Part shown: positions 29,175 to 37,648 of the stretch, one piece after another
Layout of the letters: the number at the start of each line of letters is the position of its first letter
Position numbering within the stretch: the first letter of the stretch is position 1
DNA from: a virus
Lineage: Duplodnaviria > Caudoviricetes
Reading direction: 5' to 3' (one strand)
Length of the DNA: 42,479 bases
Virus record (IMG/VR): IMGVR_UViG_3300029156_000004
Location: 1-42,479 of that record
The notes under the pieces: generated by a model
Told to the model about the DNA's origin: nothing
Database searches by the model: none
The model's input: the letters and a program-made list of their open reading frames with translations, nothing else
Translations under genes and position numbers: made by a program

Positions 29175-29894
29175 CTACAAACACCCCTCATACCGATGCA
29201 GCCACGTATAGCCACGCCCTGCAAACTCGCTCATTGTCCAGTAGGTATCCCCCAGGAGCGCCACGGCCTCACCCTGCGGCTCGTCCACCACGGGCAGTTC
29301 GCGGATAGCCTGTAGCTGGATACCATTAGACCAGTCGAATAGGTACAGGCTGCTGCGCGGATAGACAGACCGAATCAGCACCCTATCGCCTTCGCGCGTC
29401 GCATCGGTCACGTAGTAAATCTTACTGCCATCAGGCGCTTGAAGGCGTCCTATTTTTTGCATGATGCCATCCTCCAGCACATACAGGTCACTGCGCACAC
29501 CTTTCGTGATGACCATGGCCGTGCCATTGATGACGAGCATTGCCTCAACGTCGAAGACCTCATTTTGCGGAAAGCGGAACGTGATCGGCTCACCATGCGG
29601 CCAGCGGTAGACAGTGTAAAGTGGCCCACCGCGGGCATTGCGGCCTGTGTCGCCAACGTAGAAGGTGCTGCCATCCATCGCTATCGATTCCATGTCTATC
29701 GGCTGCACGCTGGCGAACTGTGTAGTCGCTATGCGCTGACCGTCGTGATTGAGTGCGTAGAGGTAAGGCCCATCGCCGCTGTCGTTGTGGACATAGATGG
29801 CGTCAGGCGTTGCAACCATACCGGAGACTTCGTGCAGCGATGGATCGCTGATCAGGATTGAGAATATCGTGCAAACTAGTACGGCTAACATCAT
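29175..29894 (-). CDS. Secreted beta-propeller-like protein
   Basis: Hydrophobic N-terminus; blades EVSG..HNDSG, DMESIA..YVGDTG, DVEAM, QGEAVA. Confidence 0.7.
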   Translation of the reverse strand: MMLAVLVCTIFSILISDPSLHEVSGMVATPDAIYVHNDSGDGPYLYALNHDGQRIATTQFASVQPIDMESIAMDGSTFYVGDTGRNARGGPLYTVYRWPHGEPITFRFPQNEVFDVEAMLVINGTAMVITKGVRSDLYVLEDGIMQKIGRLQAPDGSKIYYVTDATREGDRVLIRSVYPRSSLYLFDWSNGIQLQAIRELPVVDEPQGEAVALLGDTYWTMSEFAGRGYTWLHRYEGCL

Positions 29895-29906
29895 ATCACT
29901 TCCATA

Positions 29907-31136
29907 TCACGGAAAATTGGATCGTATCGCGTTGTAACCATTGCTGCCGAACACTATCAGGTTGTCATGCGTATTGCCCGTGTCGGTCGTGTACAGCCCG
30001 TGGGCAGTGCCGCTTACGGACGTGATCGTAGTACCGTAGGTGCCGACGTATAAATCGTTGTAATAGAGCATGGCACGCTGGCCGCGCAGATGCAAACGTA
30101 TAGACGCGTTTGCCGCGTAGGTGGCGGCGGCAGTGATGCGCGTCGTCGCCGTGCCAGATACCACCTCCTGCAGAACAGCATTCGTGCCATCATGATATGC
30201 ACGTAGATAATTGTTGCTATCCTCCCAGCGCGCCACTATGCCGACAACGCCACCAGACCGGACCAAATCGCATTCAATCAGCACATCTTCCGTCGATGAA
30301 GTGGCCGTGGCGACCGCTATCCCGCTGCCGAGTGCGGATGCTTGGGCCTTATTGCTAGTAATGCCCCACGTTCCAGATTGCGCCGTCCACGCGGCCCCTG
30401 AACCACCATTGCCCTCCTCGTGCCCAGCGCCATCAGTGTTGCCAAGCGAGCCGTTCGCCCGATTGAATGAGTCGGACGCGATTGCTAGGCTGCCAATGTC
30501 GAAAAGTGCAGTCTCAGGTACGGCTACGTCGTCAAAATTAATTTGGAATCCAGACGACAGATGCGTTGCGCCCAAATACAGAGTTGCGGTGCTACTCCAA
30601 TCATCCCACCACAGCAGGTCAACATTAGCGCCATCGTCGTGCAATATGTAGCGACCATTCACACGTAGGACGTTGTACCAAGCCCCAACTAGTCGGGATA
30701 ATATGTTGATGGGTGGCGACGTAGCTCCCGATGTGCGCCGCGCCCTAAAAGAACCAGAAGATTCTGTCTCTACCCCAAGGTTACTATATCCTAGGAAATT
30801 CGCATCTTGAGACGATGTAAGCATAATCTCTCCTGCGCCTGCGCCTGCGCCACTGGCGATCTTCATGCGGACGGTGACGCCCGCGCCGCGGGTAATGGCC
30901 GGTGTGTACCAAAACCCCGCCTGATTCCACCCGCCATTCCCTACGAGAGAAAGCACCCCAGAAGCCACGCTGACACGCGTTCCAGCCGTGTCAGTTATGT
31001 TGAGAGTCCCTGGTCCAGGCGTCGCGGCACGTGTCGCACCGATGGGCGCGGCGGCAGTATCGGTAAAGTCATCGCGCAGCAGGTAGGAGACGCCCGTTCC
31101 ATTAAGCACCGTCACGTATTTTAATGATGATCTCAT
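29907..31136 (-). CDS. Putative virion lectin-like (beta-sandwich) protein
   Basis: YLLRDDF and DSFNRANG domain starts; G/T/A/S-rich; ATGA coupling at 31136. Confidence 0.6.
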   Translation of the reverse strand: MRSSLKYVTVLNGTGVSYLLRDDFTDTAAAPIGATRAATPGPGTLNITDTAGTRVSVASGVLSLVGNGGWNQAGFWYTPAITRGAGVTVRMKIASGAGAGAGEIMLTSSQDANFLGYSNLGVETESSGSFRARRTSGATSPPINILSRLVGAWYNVLRVNGRYILHDDGANVDLLWWDDWSSTATLYLGATHLSSGFQINFDDVAVPETALFDIGSLAIASDSFNRANGSLGNTDGAGHEEGNGGSGAAWTAQSGTWGITSNKAQASALGSGIAVATATSSTEDVLIECDLVRSGGVVGIVARWEDSNNYLRAYHDGTNAVLQEVVSGTATTRITAAATYAANASIRLHLRGQRAMLYYNDLYVGTYGTTITSVSGTAHGLYTTDTGNTHDNLIVFGSNGYNAIRSNFP

Positions 31137-31393
31137 GAATTCAACCCCAGGTAGATCGAGATCCCGGTCGCACCAGTGTTGTCCTGATTGATGACCTGCA
31201 AGACTTGCCATTCGGCGTCCTCATGGATGCGCGCTTTGACCTCGACAACAAAAGTACCACTGCTTGCGTCGTCTACTTGGATAGTGCCAACCGTTGCGCC
31301 ATCGGTCGAGATGTCCGCGCCGGTTGTCGTACCGGTTGTCGTACCGGTTGTTCCTGATTGCACTAATTGGAAAGTTTCTACTGCTCTGGACAT
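31133..31393 (-). CDS. Small putative virion protein
   Basis: MSRAVETF..., AGGGG RBS, GTTT repeats. Confidence 0.55.
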   Translation of the reverse strand: MSRAVETFQLVQSGTTGTTTGTTTGADISTDGATVGTIQVDDASSGTFVVEVKARIHEDAEWQVLQVINQDNTGATGISIYLGLNS

Positions 31394-31452
31394 ATTTACC
31401 CCTTGTACCCTATCTCTCGCCCACTTTTCGAGGCTAATGTACTGCTTGTCAT

Positions 31453-33798
31453 TTATAAATGAAAAACCGTGAATAACGAAACATGATGTTTTCCTGGCGT
31501 TGACCCATCCTCTTTTGGCAATGAAAACGGCGTCATGAACTCGCCGCCACCAGTTGTTTTGACGCGCCAATATGTGCTTGCCTCGACCGGAAGATTAACC
31601 CATCCGTGCGGTCCGGTTTTATGCTCTTCGCTATGATATGTGATAGACGCATCGCGATTGGTGCGCTCAAAGTAAATCGGAATGCCAGTAATGAACTCGC
31701 CGTCGGCATCAACCACGCCAGCAAAAATATGATGGTCGCCGCCGCCGCCGCCATCTCCCGTCTCTTTGCGCAGGTATCGGTCACGCGCGTGTTGCGTGAT
31801 TGAATATATCTCGCTAGTTGGCTCCCAGCTGCCATGAAAGGTCGTGAAACAATCGCGTATTGAGTATGGTGCGCCAGGATTGACGATCATCGCCATGTGG
31901 GTGACCCCGGGCGACAAAATTGCGTCGGTCGGCGGTGGGGTTACGTTACCCGCTTCCAGCGCATCAACGCGGCGTTGAAGATTTTCAATTGAGAGCATAG
32001 CGACCCTGATCGTCGTTTGGTTATCAGTGATGGCGCGCGCTTGCACCTCGTTCGTCTCTTCGACGGCAAACATGCGAAGCTCCAGCGTAGTCACGCGTTC
32101 CTCGAGGCTGTCAGGCGCGGCGATGCGTTCCAAATACGTGCTGGAGGAGTAGCCGGTCACATTTCGTTCTGCGCTTCGGATCTTCCACCAGAGACTATCG
32201 GCCTCCAATACATCGATTATATCATCGGCGTGTACCTGACCGACCACGGGTTGCAGTGCATTATTTATCGGCGGTCCAGAACGCACGTTCAATTCAGACG
32301 CATTTATGACTGTGGCTTGGAATAACACGGGTTCGGTCCCTCCATTCGGCTTGATCAGCGGCTTGATTGTCTGCGGATTCGCACTATAGTGATTGGCCAA
32401 GTCCTGATTCATGCCGAACATTTCATGTGTCTGCCAGGGTGCAAAGGCGTGCGTGAGATAGCATGTGTAACCCAGAATGCGATCCGACCATTGTAGCAGG
32501 TAGGACATGACATTGATTAGGTCGGCGCGGTATTGTTCATGAGAGCGCCAGACCTGCCATCCCCCTGGTTTTTGTTCTTCGTCATTTACGGCTAACAATC
32601 GGGTCAGACCGAACTCCCCAACGACATAGCGCAATTTATCAAATCCAGCTTTATCCAGCACGGGCATGGCGGTGTGTTCGAGTCTGTGAATGTACCAGTC
32701 GTTATTGTAGATCACTTCCCCAGCGCGGGCATGGCCAGGGGGATAGACTGCGGGATTCCAGAATGATTCGCGGCTATACTGGTGGCAATTCACAACGAAG
32801 CCGTTAGACTGCGCATATTCCAGCGTGGGAAACACATGCTCCCAATCGCCAGGGTGATCCTTGCCTACATGAAGATTGCCGACTGAGCAATCAATGACGG
32901 TAGTGCGATGGCCAGTCGATACGCACAGTTCCATCAGGCGAAGGTAGTAGCGGTTGAGTAGTTGCAGTTCGGGCGGGTGTTGGTTCTGCTCGTTCTGAAT
33001 CTGGTAGTAGTCTACGCCCGTCATTTTGAGATCTACTATAAGCTGGTGATGATTCGCGGCGGTCCCCTCTGGGTCGCGATTAATGTCACTGGAGACCGTG
33101 CTGTCATCAATGTAGATCCGATTAATGATGTAGCTATCAGGAGTCATTTTGCGGATATCGTCAATCTCGGACTGTTTGCCGTCCATTAATTTGACAACGC
33201 GCGGTTTGAGTTTTGATAGATAACTCATGTCGCCGCGGCCTTGCATGAAGACAGAGAATATTGTATTCACGTTCAAGTTGTCACCACCTATCGAAAACTT
33301 ATCAAGTTGCGAACTTTTGGCGTATGGGAACCAGTGGAAGAGGGACTTAGGCCAGAATGATTCCGGCAAAAGGCGGCGGTAGTTCCGCATATCCTCCAGC
33401 ATGATTAGGTGTACATGGTTTGGGAACGACGTTTGGCCGGTCGCCCCGACGCGTGAGAACCAATCGTGTTGGCCCAATTTTGCACCCACCTTGACGTACG
33501 GCTTAAAGCTGCCCTCTTCCAGATGGCAATACCACGCGTGTACGTCGCCGTGGTCGATAATGATGTTTACGCCGTAGCCGCCATCATTGGGCGCTTTCGG
33601 CACGCGCTGAATGTGGCGCACAATGCCGTCTGCGATGGGGTATACCTCAAGGCGCTTGTTGTGCGCGGTGATGTCGTAGGCGCGCTCTGAATTGCGCCCT
33701 ATGTGCATGTCACTATCGCTACTCAGCACATTTGAGTAAAGCGGCATGAGGTATTTACCATCGGTCGATGGTATGCGGCGGGTAAAATCTGGTTTCAT
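31453..33798 (-). CDS. Multidomain endolysin: M23 peptidase + glycoside-hydrolase-like TIM barrel + SH3b + coiled coil + C-terminal domain
   Basis: YGVNIIIDH..YCHL..GATG..NHVHL (M23); QNE...HQY...VGEFG (clan GH-A-like); LNVRSGP...GYSSSTYL (SH3b). Confidence 0.8.
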   Translation of the reverse strand: MKPDFTRRIPSTDGKYLMPLYSNVLSSDSDMHIGRNSERAYDITAHNKRLEVYPIADGIVRHIQRVPKAPNDGGYGVNIIIDHGDVHAWYCHLEEGSFKPYVKVGAKLGQHDWFSRVGATGQTSFPNHVHLIMLEDMRNYRRLLPESFWPKSLFHWFPYAKSSQLDKFSIGGDNLNVNTIFSVFMQGRGDMSYLSKLKPRVVKLMDGKQSEIDDIRKMTPDSYIINRIYIDDSTVSSDINRDPEGTAANHHQLIVDLKMTGVDYYQIQNEQNQHPPELQLLNRYYLRLMELCVSTGHRTTVIDCSVGNLHVGKDHPGDWEHVFPTLEYAQSNGFVVNCHQYSRESFWNPAVYPPGHARAGEVIYNNDWYIHRLEHTAMPVLDKAGFDKLRYVVGEFGLTRLLAVNDEEQKPGGWQVWRSHEQYRADLINVMSYLLQWSDRILGYTCYLTHAFAPWQTHEMFGMNQDLANHYSANPQTIKPLIKPNGGTEPVLFQATVINASELNVRSGPPINNALQPVVGQVHADDIIDVLEADSLWWKIRSAERNVTGYSSSTYLERIAAPDSLEERVTTLELRMFAVEETNEVQARAITDNQTTIRVAMLSIENLQRRVDALEAGNVTPPPTDAILSPGVTHMAMIVNPGAPYSIRDCFTTFHGSWEPTSEIYSITQHARDRYLRKETGDGGGGGDHHIFAGVVDADGEFITGIPIYFERTNRDASITYHSEEHKTGPHGWVNLPVEASTYWRVKTTGGGEFMTPFSLPKEDGSTPGKHHVSLFTVFHL

Positions 33799-34082
33799 TC
33801 CAGCGCACTTTCCTCGAAGTGCATATCAAAAACAGTTATGCCGCCGGGCATGAATGCACCAACGGCAACGACGCGGGCAAGCATATTGAACAATTTCGCC
33901 GTATCCCCCCGCGTTGGGGATCGGTACAGAACAATGTCGCCCTTCTCGCCCAGCACATCAGAGAAGCGCCTGATCTCATCTATGTCAAAATCAGTTATTC
34001 CGCCCTTTCGCCTGATCTCTTGTATCTGCAAAAGACAAGCTGCCTCGAGAGCGGCGGGTAGCGGATGGCCTTTCCCGAACAT
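33795..34082 (-). CDS. Hypothetical phage protein
   Basis: 95 aa, coupled on both sides; FMPGGITVF C-terminal motif. Confidence 0.7.
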   Translation of the reverse strand: MFGKGHPLPAALEAACLLQIQEIRRKGGITDFDIDEIRRFSDVLGEKGDIVLYRSPTRGDTAKLFNMLARVVAVGAFMPGGITVFDMHFEESALE

Positions 34083-34633
34083 TAAATCACACTTTCTCTA
34101 ATTGAACTCAGTATAAAATCTGGAATCTCATCCACATCGCCAGCCATGAAAGCTTCACAGTATTCGATCTCATCTGCTGTGAGCGAATCAAAAAGAACGT
34201 CAATTTGAATCGCCGGAGCGATGCTTTGGTGCATCTCTACCTCGATCCGATTCGTGTCACTTACGCCGTCTTCCCATCTGTAATCTAGGGAAGCATAGCG
34301 AAATCGCCGCCACTTTGCGTTACGTGCTAAAATTTTCTCGTAATTGTTGAGGTAGTACCTACGGTTATTTTCCCTAACTTTCTCTGGATTGTTGCAGCGC
34401 CAGAGGAATGCGCGGTCGTTGCTGCGCTCCCTATTAGCGTCCCTTGTCGCACGCGCCCGCGCTCTTTCGGCATCGATATTGGCGTAATACCATTTTCTGC
34501 TGCTCGCCAATTTCCCATCCCTGCGGCATTCCTTGCAGGTGCGACGGTAGCCAAACTTGCTATCTGGTCTACGTTCAAAATCGGCCAGCGGCTTTGTGTC
34601 TGCGCATCCGTTGCAGCGTATCTCAGTCATCAT
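34082..34633 (-). CDS. Zinc-knuckle/basic helical protein (HNH-type N-terminus without the HNH domain)
   Basis: CNGC...KPLADF...CKEC, repeated YY.N motifs; acidic tail. Confidence 0.65.
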   Translation of the reverse strand: MMTEIRCNGCADTKPLADFERRPDSKFGYRRTCKECRRDGKLASSRKWYYANIDAERARARATRDANRERSNDRAFLWRCNNPEKVRENNRRYYLNNYEKILARNAKWRRFRYASLDYRWEDGVSDTNRIEVEMHQSIAPAIQIDVLFDSLTADEIEYCEAFMAGDVDEIPDFILSSIRESVI

Positions 34634-34906
34634 CTATCGTTCAACGAATTCCCAATTCATGATGGACGGTGATTCGTCCAAAAACGTATCGACCAGATTC
34701 AAACCGGCAAACTCAGAATGCTCGCCAGACGCTTCCCTATACGCCTCTTCTATATTGCGCTTCGCCAAATTGTAGGATAGCGGTACAATCTCGTTGGCGT
34801 GTATCTCGTTCGCGTACTTTCGTTCCAGATCGCTGGGCGCTATCAGGCCGCTTTGCAGCAAGCGTACAATGAATGTTCCTGGACCCGTGAATGGGTCCAG
34901 TAGTAC
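34634..34906 (-). pseudogene. Fragment of a Type ISP restriction-modification methyltransferase domain
   Basis: Frame reads VLLDPFTGPGTFIVRLLQSGLI...ERKYANEIHANEIV...NIE...DTF; no ATG of its own upstream of motif I. Confidence 0.7.
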
Positions 34907-35172
34907 AAAAACGATTGGTCCTTTATCCGCTGCTGGTTATCAAGATAATATTGGCGTCTGTAGGCTATGATTTTCGCTTTGTTCTCGGCGCGGTATCTGT
35001 CGTTTAGTGCCTTTACCTTGTCCTTATTTCTGGCGCGCCAGCGCCGATTGATAGCGTTGACTTTTTTATTGTTGTCCTTGGCCCATTTTTTCTTACGGTC
35101 AGTCTCGCATGGCTTGCATAGCCGCCCGTGAAACAATTCTGCGCACCCACATATTTTGCAATCGCTACTCAT
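34843..35172 (-). CDS. Zinc-knuckle/basic helical protein, possibly joined to the methyltransferase fragment by a frameshift
   Basis: CKICG...LCKPC followed by N.KK/N.DK repeats. Confidence 0.6.
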   Translation of the reverse strand: MSSDCKICGCAELFHGRLCKPCETDRKKKWAKDNNKKVNAINRRWRARNKDKVKALNDRYRAENKAKIIAYRRQYYLDNQQRIKDQSFLYYWTHSRVQEHSLYACCKAA

Positions 35173-35491
35173 TGCGTATTCGCCACCTTGCGTGCAAATG
35201 GCCGATTAACCCAACCCAGGCGGAGAAAATCAAAAGTGCAATCGCCAAGCGCGACATGGCTATTGCGTCGGTAATGCTGATCCATGCATGAAAATTCCTG
35301 GTGGCCAAAATCGCATTATTCAAACAAATTAGCCAGCAGGCTAGAGCTACCATTAAATGCCGCGGGCTTCTGGACTCGCATACATAGTAGCATATGAAAA
35401 TGACGGCCCACACCGCAAATATGAATGTCCCGGCGATGTACATCACCAATGCTGCATTGTCAGTGAGTAGAAGCCATTCCGGTATTCTCAT
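35165..35491 (-). CDS. Three-TM membrane protein (holin candidate)
   Basis: Three hydrophobic segments, basic C-terminus, upstream of the lysin. Confidence 0.55.
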   Translation of the reverse strand: MRIPEWLLLTDNAALVMYIAGTFIFAVWAVIFICYYVCESRSPRHLMVALACWLICLNNAILATRNFHAWISITDAIAMSRLAIALLIFSAWVGLIGHLHARWRIRNE

Positions 35492-36069
35492 ACTGTCCCC
35501 GCCGCAATCATTCCCACGATAAACGCGATTCCCAGGCCCAGCCCAAAAGCGAAAAAATAATATTTTGCATCTTCCAAACCGCCGTTTGGAGATAGGTACA
35601 GCCAGTTTTCGTTGGCGTTTAACGCGTAGTATGCTTTTCTGATACTGCTCTGCCTACGCAACTCCCTGGCAAATTGCATCCCAACCGAGGCAGCTACGCG
35701 ATCTTCCAGTATGTTTATTCCGGCCAGTATATGAATGTTTGCAGCGCGCAAGCGATTGGGCAGGATCTTCGTATCACACGATGACAACATCAGTAAGCGC
35801 GCGCCGGACGCCGATATAATTCGTCTTAATTCATCGTACCCGATGGTGGATGTAGATAGGTGGATTTTGTCACCCGTTGCGCCAGAGATAATCCAAATTA
35901 CATTATAATTGTTTTCATTCACGGCGCGCGACAAATCTAATAGATCAACGTCGCCTTCTATGACTGTGGCGTTATGATACCGTCTGATCTCGCTGATCTC
36001 GTGAAATTTATTTGGCAACTCCTCATGCTCGCGCAGGGTTGGTGCAATTACTAAAATACGTCGCTTCAC
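35488..36069 (-). CDS. CHAT/caspase-fold domain protein with C-terminal TM helix
   Basis: ILVIAP..LP...EISEI...YNVIWIISG...LLMLSSC...VGMQFAREL...SIRKAY; hydrophobic C-terminus. Confidence 0.65.
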   Translation of the reverse strand: MKRRILVIAPTLREHEELPNKFHEISEIRRYHNATVIEGDVDLLDLSRAVNENNYNVIWIISGATGDKIHLSTSTIGYDELRRIISASGARLLMLSSCDTKILPNRLRAANIHILAGINILEDRVAASVGMQFARELRRQSSIRKAYYALNANENWLYLSPNGGLEDAKYYFFAFGLGLGIAFIVGMIAAGTV

Positions 36070-36093
36070 TACCCCTGCCCATCTTTCTCGCGC

Positions 36094-36306
36094 TTACTCG
36101 CCGCCTTTGATATACGACTGCTGAGTACCGTTGCGGCTAAAACTGCCGCCCCGACGACGATCAGCAATATGCACAATGCCACCAGTATAGTTGCTTCTAG
36201 GCTCATATCTCACCACCCGTCGCCGATGCCACCATAGCGCCGATGAAATGGCCGCGAAGTGTAGCGTCAGGATTCCGAAAATCGCGAGTAGCATCGTCAT
36301 ATCCAT
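36094..36306 (-). CDS. Small single-TM protein
   Basis: MDMTMLLAIFGILTLHFAAISSALWWHRRR. Confidence 0.55.
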   Translation of the reverse strand: MDMTMLLAIFGILTLHFAAISSALWWHRRRVVRYEPRSNYTGGIVHIADRRRGGSFSRNGTQQSYIKGGE

Positions 36307-36307
36307 A

Positions 36308-36484
36308 TCAGGCACCCGTGACAAAGGAAACAAGTGCATTCCATGCAGCGACCGTACTATCCGAGAATGTGAATCCAAATAGCCCGACCAATGCGACCAG
36401 CACTACCCCTATCGTGGTCCAAGCTTTCGGATTGCGCAGTAAATCATTTAGTTTTTCTTTGTTGAGATCCATATCATCACCCAT
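36308..36484 (-). CDS. Small membrane protein, holin candidate (58 aa)
   Basis: MGDDMDLNKEKLNDLLRNPKAWTTIGVVLVALVGLFGF...; first gene after the late leader. Confidence 0.55.
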   Translation of the reverse strand: MGDDMDLNKEKLNDLLRNPKAWTTIGVVLVALVGLFGFTFSDSTVAAWNALVSFVTGA

Positions 36485-36529
36485 GAAGAACTACGAAAAA
36501 ACGGGGCAATGCGGCAATGGGAGGAAATG

Positions 36530-36639
36530 AAAAGCCCCTACCCTCTGGCGTCCAACCGGAGGTAGGGGCAAAGTCTAGGCGTCCAACCATAGAAAAGCTC
36601 TATCTCTCCGGTTGGACGCCGTATATCTCAATTATATCA
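36530..36639 (-). promoter_or_regulatory. Putative late promoter plus attenuator leader
   Basis: Extended -10 TGaTATAAT (36639-36631); 15-nt 5' segment complementary to the loop/stem of terminator 36534-36569 and to a second copy at 36578-36588. Confidence 0.7.
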
Positions 36640-36649
36640 TATGTCTGAC

Positions 36650-36686
36650 AAAAAAGATAGCCGTCTGATATAATCAGGCGGCTATC
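36650..36686 (-). terminator. Intrinsic terminator after the pentapeptide gene
   Basis: gatagccgcctgat / atcagacggctatc stem followed by TTTTTT. Confidence 0.8.
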
Positions 36687-37089
36687 AGTGGGTGGGGCTT
36701 GGGGGGCTAGTCGGATAGCTCTGCGAGCTTTGCGACGACGGCCTCTTCAACGAGGTCAGGTTGGCGTCGGTCAGGTTGGCGTAGCGCAGGTTGGCACCGG
36801 TCAGGTTGGCGTTGCGCAGGTTGGCGTTGCGCAGGTTGGCACCGCTCAAGTCGGCGTCTATTAGCGTCCACTTCTGGACCTTTCGCGTGTCCCACTCGGC
36901 AACAATCTCTTTGTCGGTGTAGCTTTGGCGAAGTACAAGCACGGCGATATGCGCTTTTTGTCCCACGTTCTCGCCGCTCACCCAGCCGACGGGGATTCCG
37001 CTCGACTCTGTGTTTCCCGCCAGTGCCTTTGCTTTGTCCGCAGGCCATTGGATGAGTATGGCGCGAATGGTTGTGATTGCTTTATTCAT
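36685..37089 (-). CDS. Pentapeptide-repeat protein (short array)
   Basis: ADLSG ANLRN ANLRN ANLTG ANLRY ANLTD ANLTS. Confidence 0.8.
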   Translation of the reverse strand: MNKAITTIRAILIQWPADKAKALAGNTESSGIPVGWVSGENVGQKAHIAVLVLRQSYTDKEIVAEWDTRKVQKWTLIDADLSGANLRNANLRNANLTGANLRYANLTDANLTSLKRPSSQSSQSYPTSPPSPTH

Positions 37090-37313
37090 TTTAATACTGC
37101 TACCTTTCGCGTACTCTTGAGTACGCCATAGTACTCGCTTCATCCAGCATTGCCCGGCTGTGGGTCTTATGCGCTGTCCACGAGCGTTTAACGTCCGATC
37201 TAGCCAGTACCGGACGGATGACCTTTTAGACGTAGGCCAGTCTTAACGCTTCTTGTTCGATATTCTTGGCTCCTTTAATTCTGAACAACCAGCCAACTTA
37301 GCAAGCGACAGGC

Positions 37314-37405
37314 AAAACCCTGGTTACCAGGGTTTTAGTCAGAGGATTTGCACTTTTTGGCACTTTTTGCCGATTTTCGTAAAACCCTGGTAACCAGGGT
37401 TTTAC
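37314..37405. promoter_or_regulatory. Pair of 23-bp palindromes with phased spacer repeats; parC-like centromere candidate
   Basis: AAAACCCTGGT-w-ACCAGGGTTTT at 37314-37336 and 37381-37403; GCACTTTTTG twice at 37350-37369. Confidence 0.65.
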
Positions 37406-37415
37406 AGGGGGGACC

Positions 37416-37646
37416 CTACATGATTGCATCCCCCCATCCGTCGCCAAAATCGTCATCATCGACCTCATCATCGGGTGCTGTGTCAATACGCCCCAATAGG
37501 GCTTGTATCACTAGCTCCCCTTTGTGAGTCGCATCATCCAGCAACTTTTTGACCCTGGCATGATCTGGGTTGCCATCCCTAAGTGTTAGCTTGACGACGT
37601 AACGATGTACTGACTTGTCTGGCTTAGGCCCACGTCGCTTCGCCAT
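37416..37646 (-). CDS. Putative ParR-like DNA-binding adaptor
   Basis: 76 aa directly after parM; basic N-terminus, strand-helix-helix pattern, acidic tail. Confidence 0.6.
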   Translation of the reverse strand: MAKRRGPKPDKSVHRYVVKLTLRDGNPDHARVKKLLDDATHKGELVIQALLGRIDTAPDDEVDDDDFGDGWGDAIM

Positions 37647-37648
37647 GA

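Noticed and set aside
31319-31354. 12-bp tandem repeat as a DNA binding site
   Set aside because: Single orientation, simply encodes GTTT repeats; consistent with slippage
37090-37275. Small gene after the AGGAG at about 37270
   Set aside because: No start codon at the proper spacing and early stops; at most a decayed remnant
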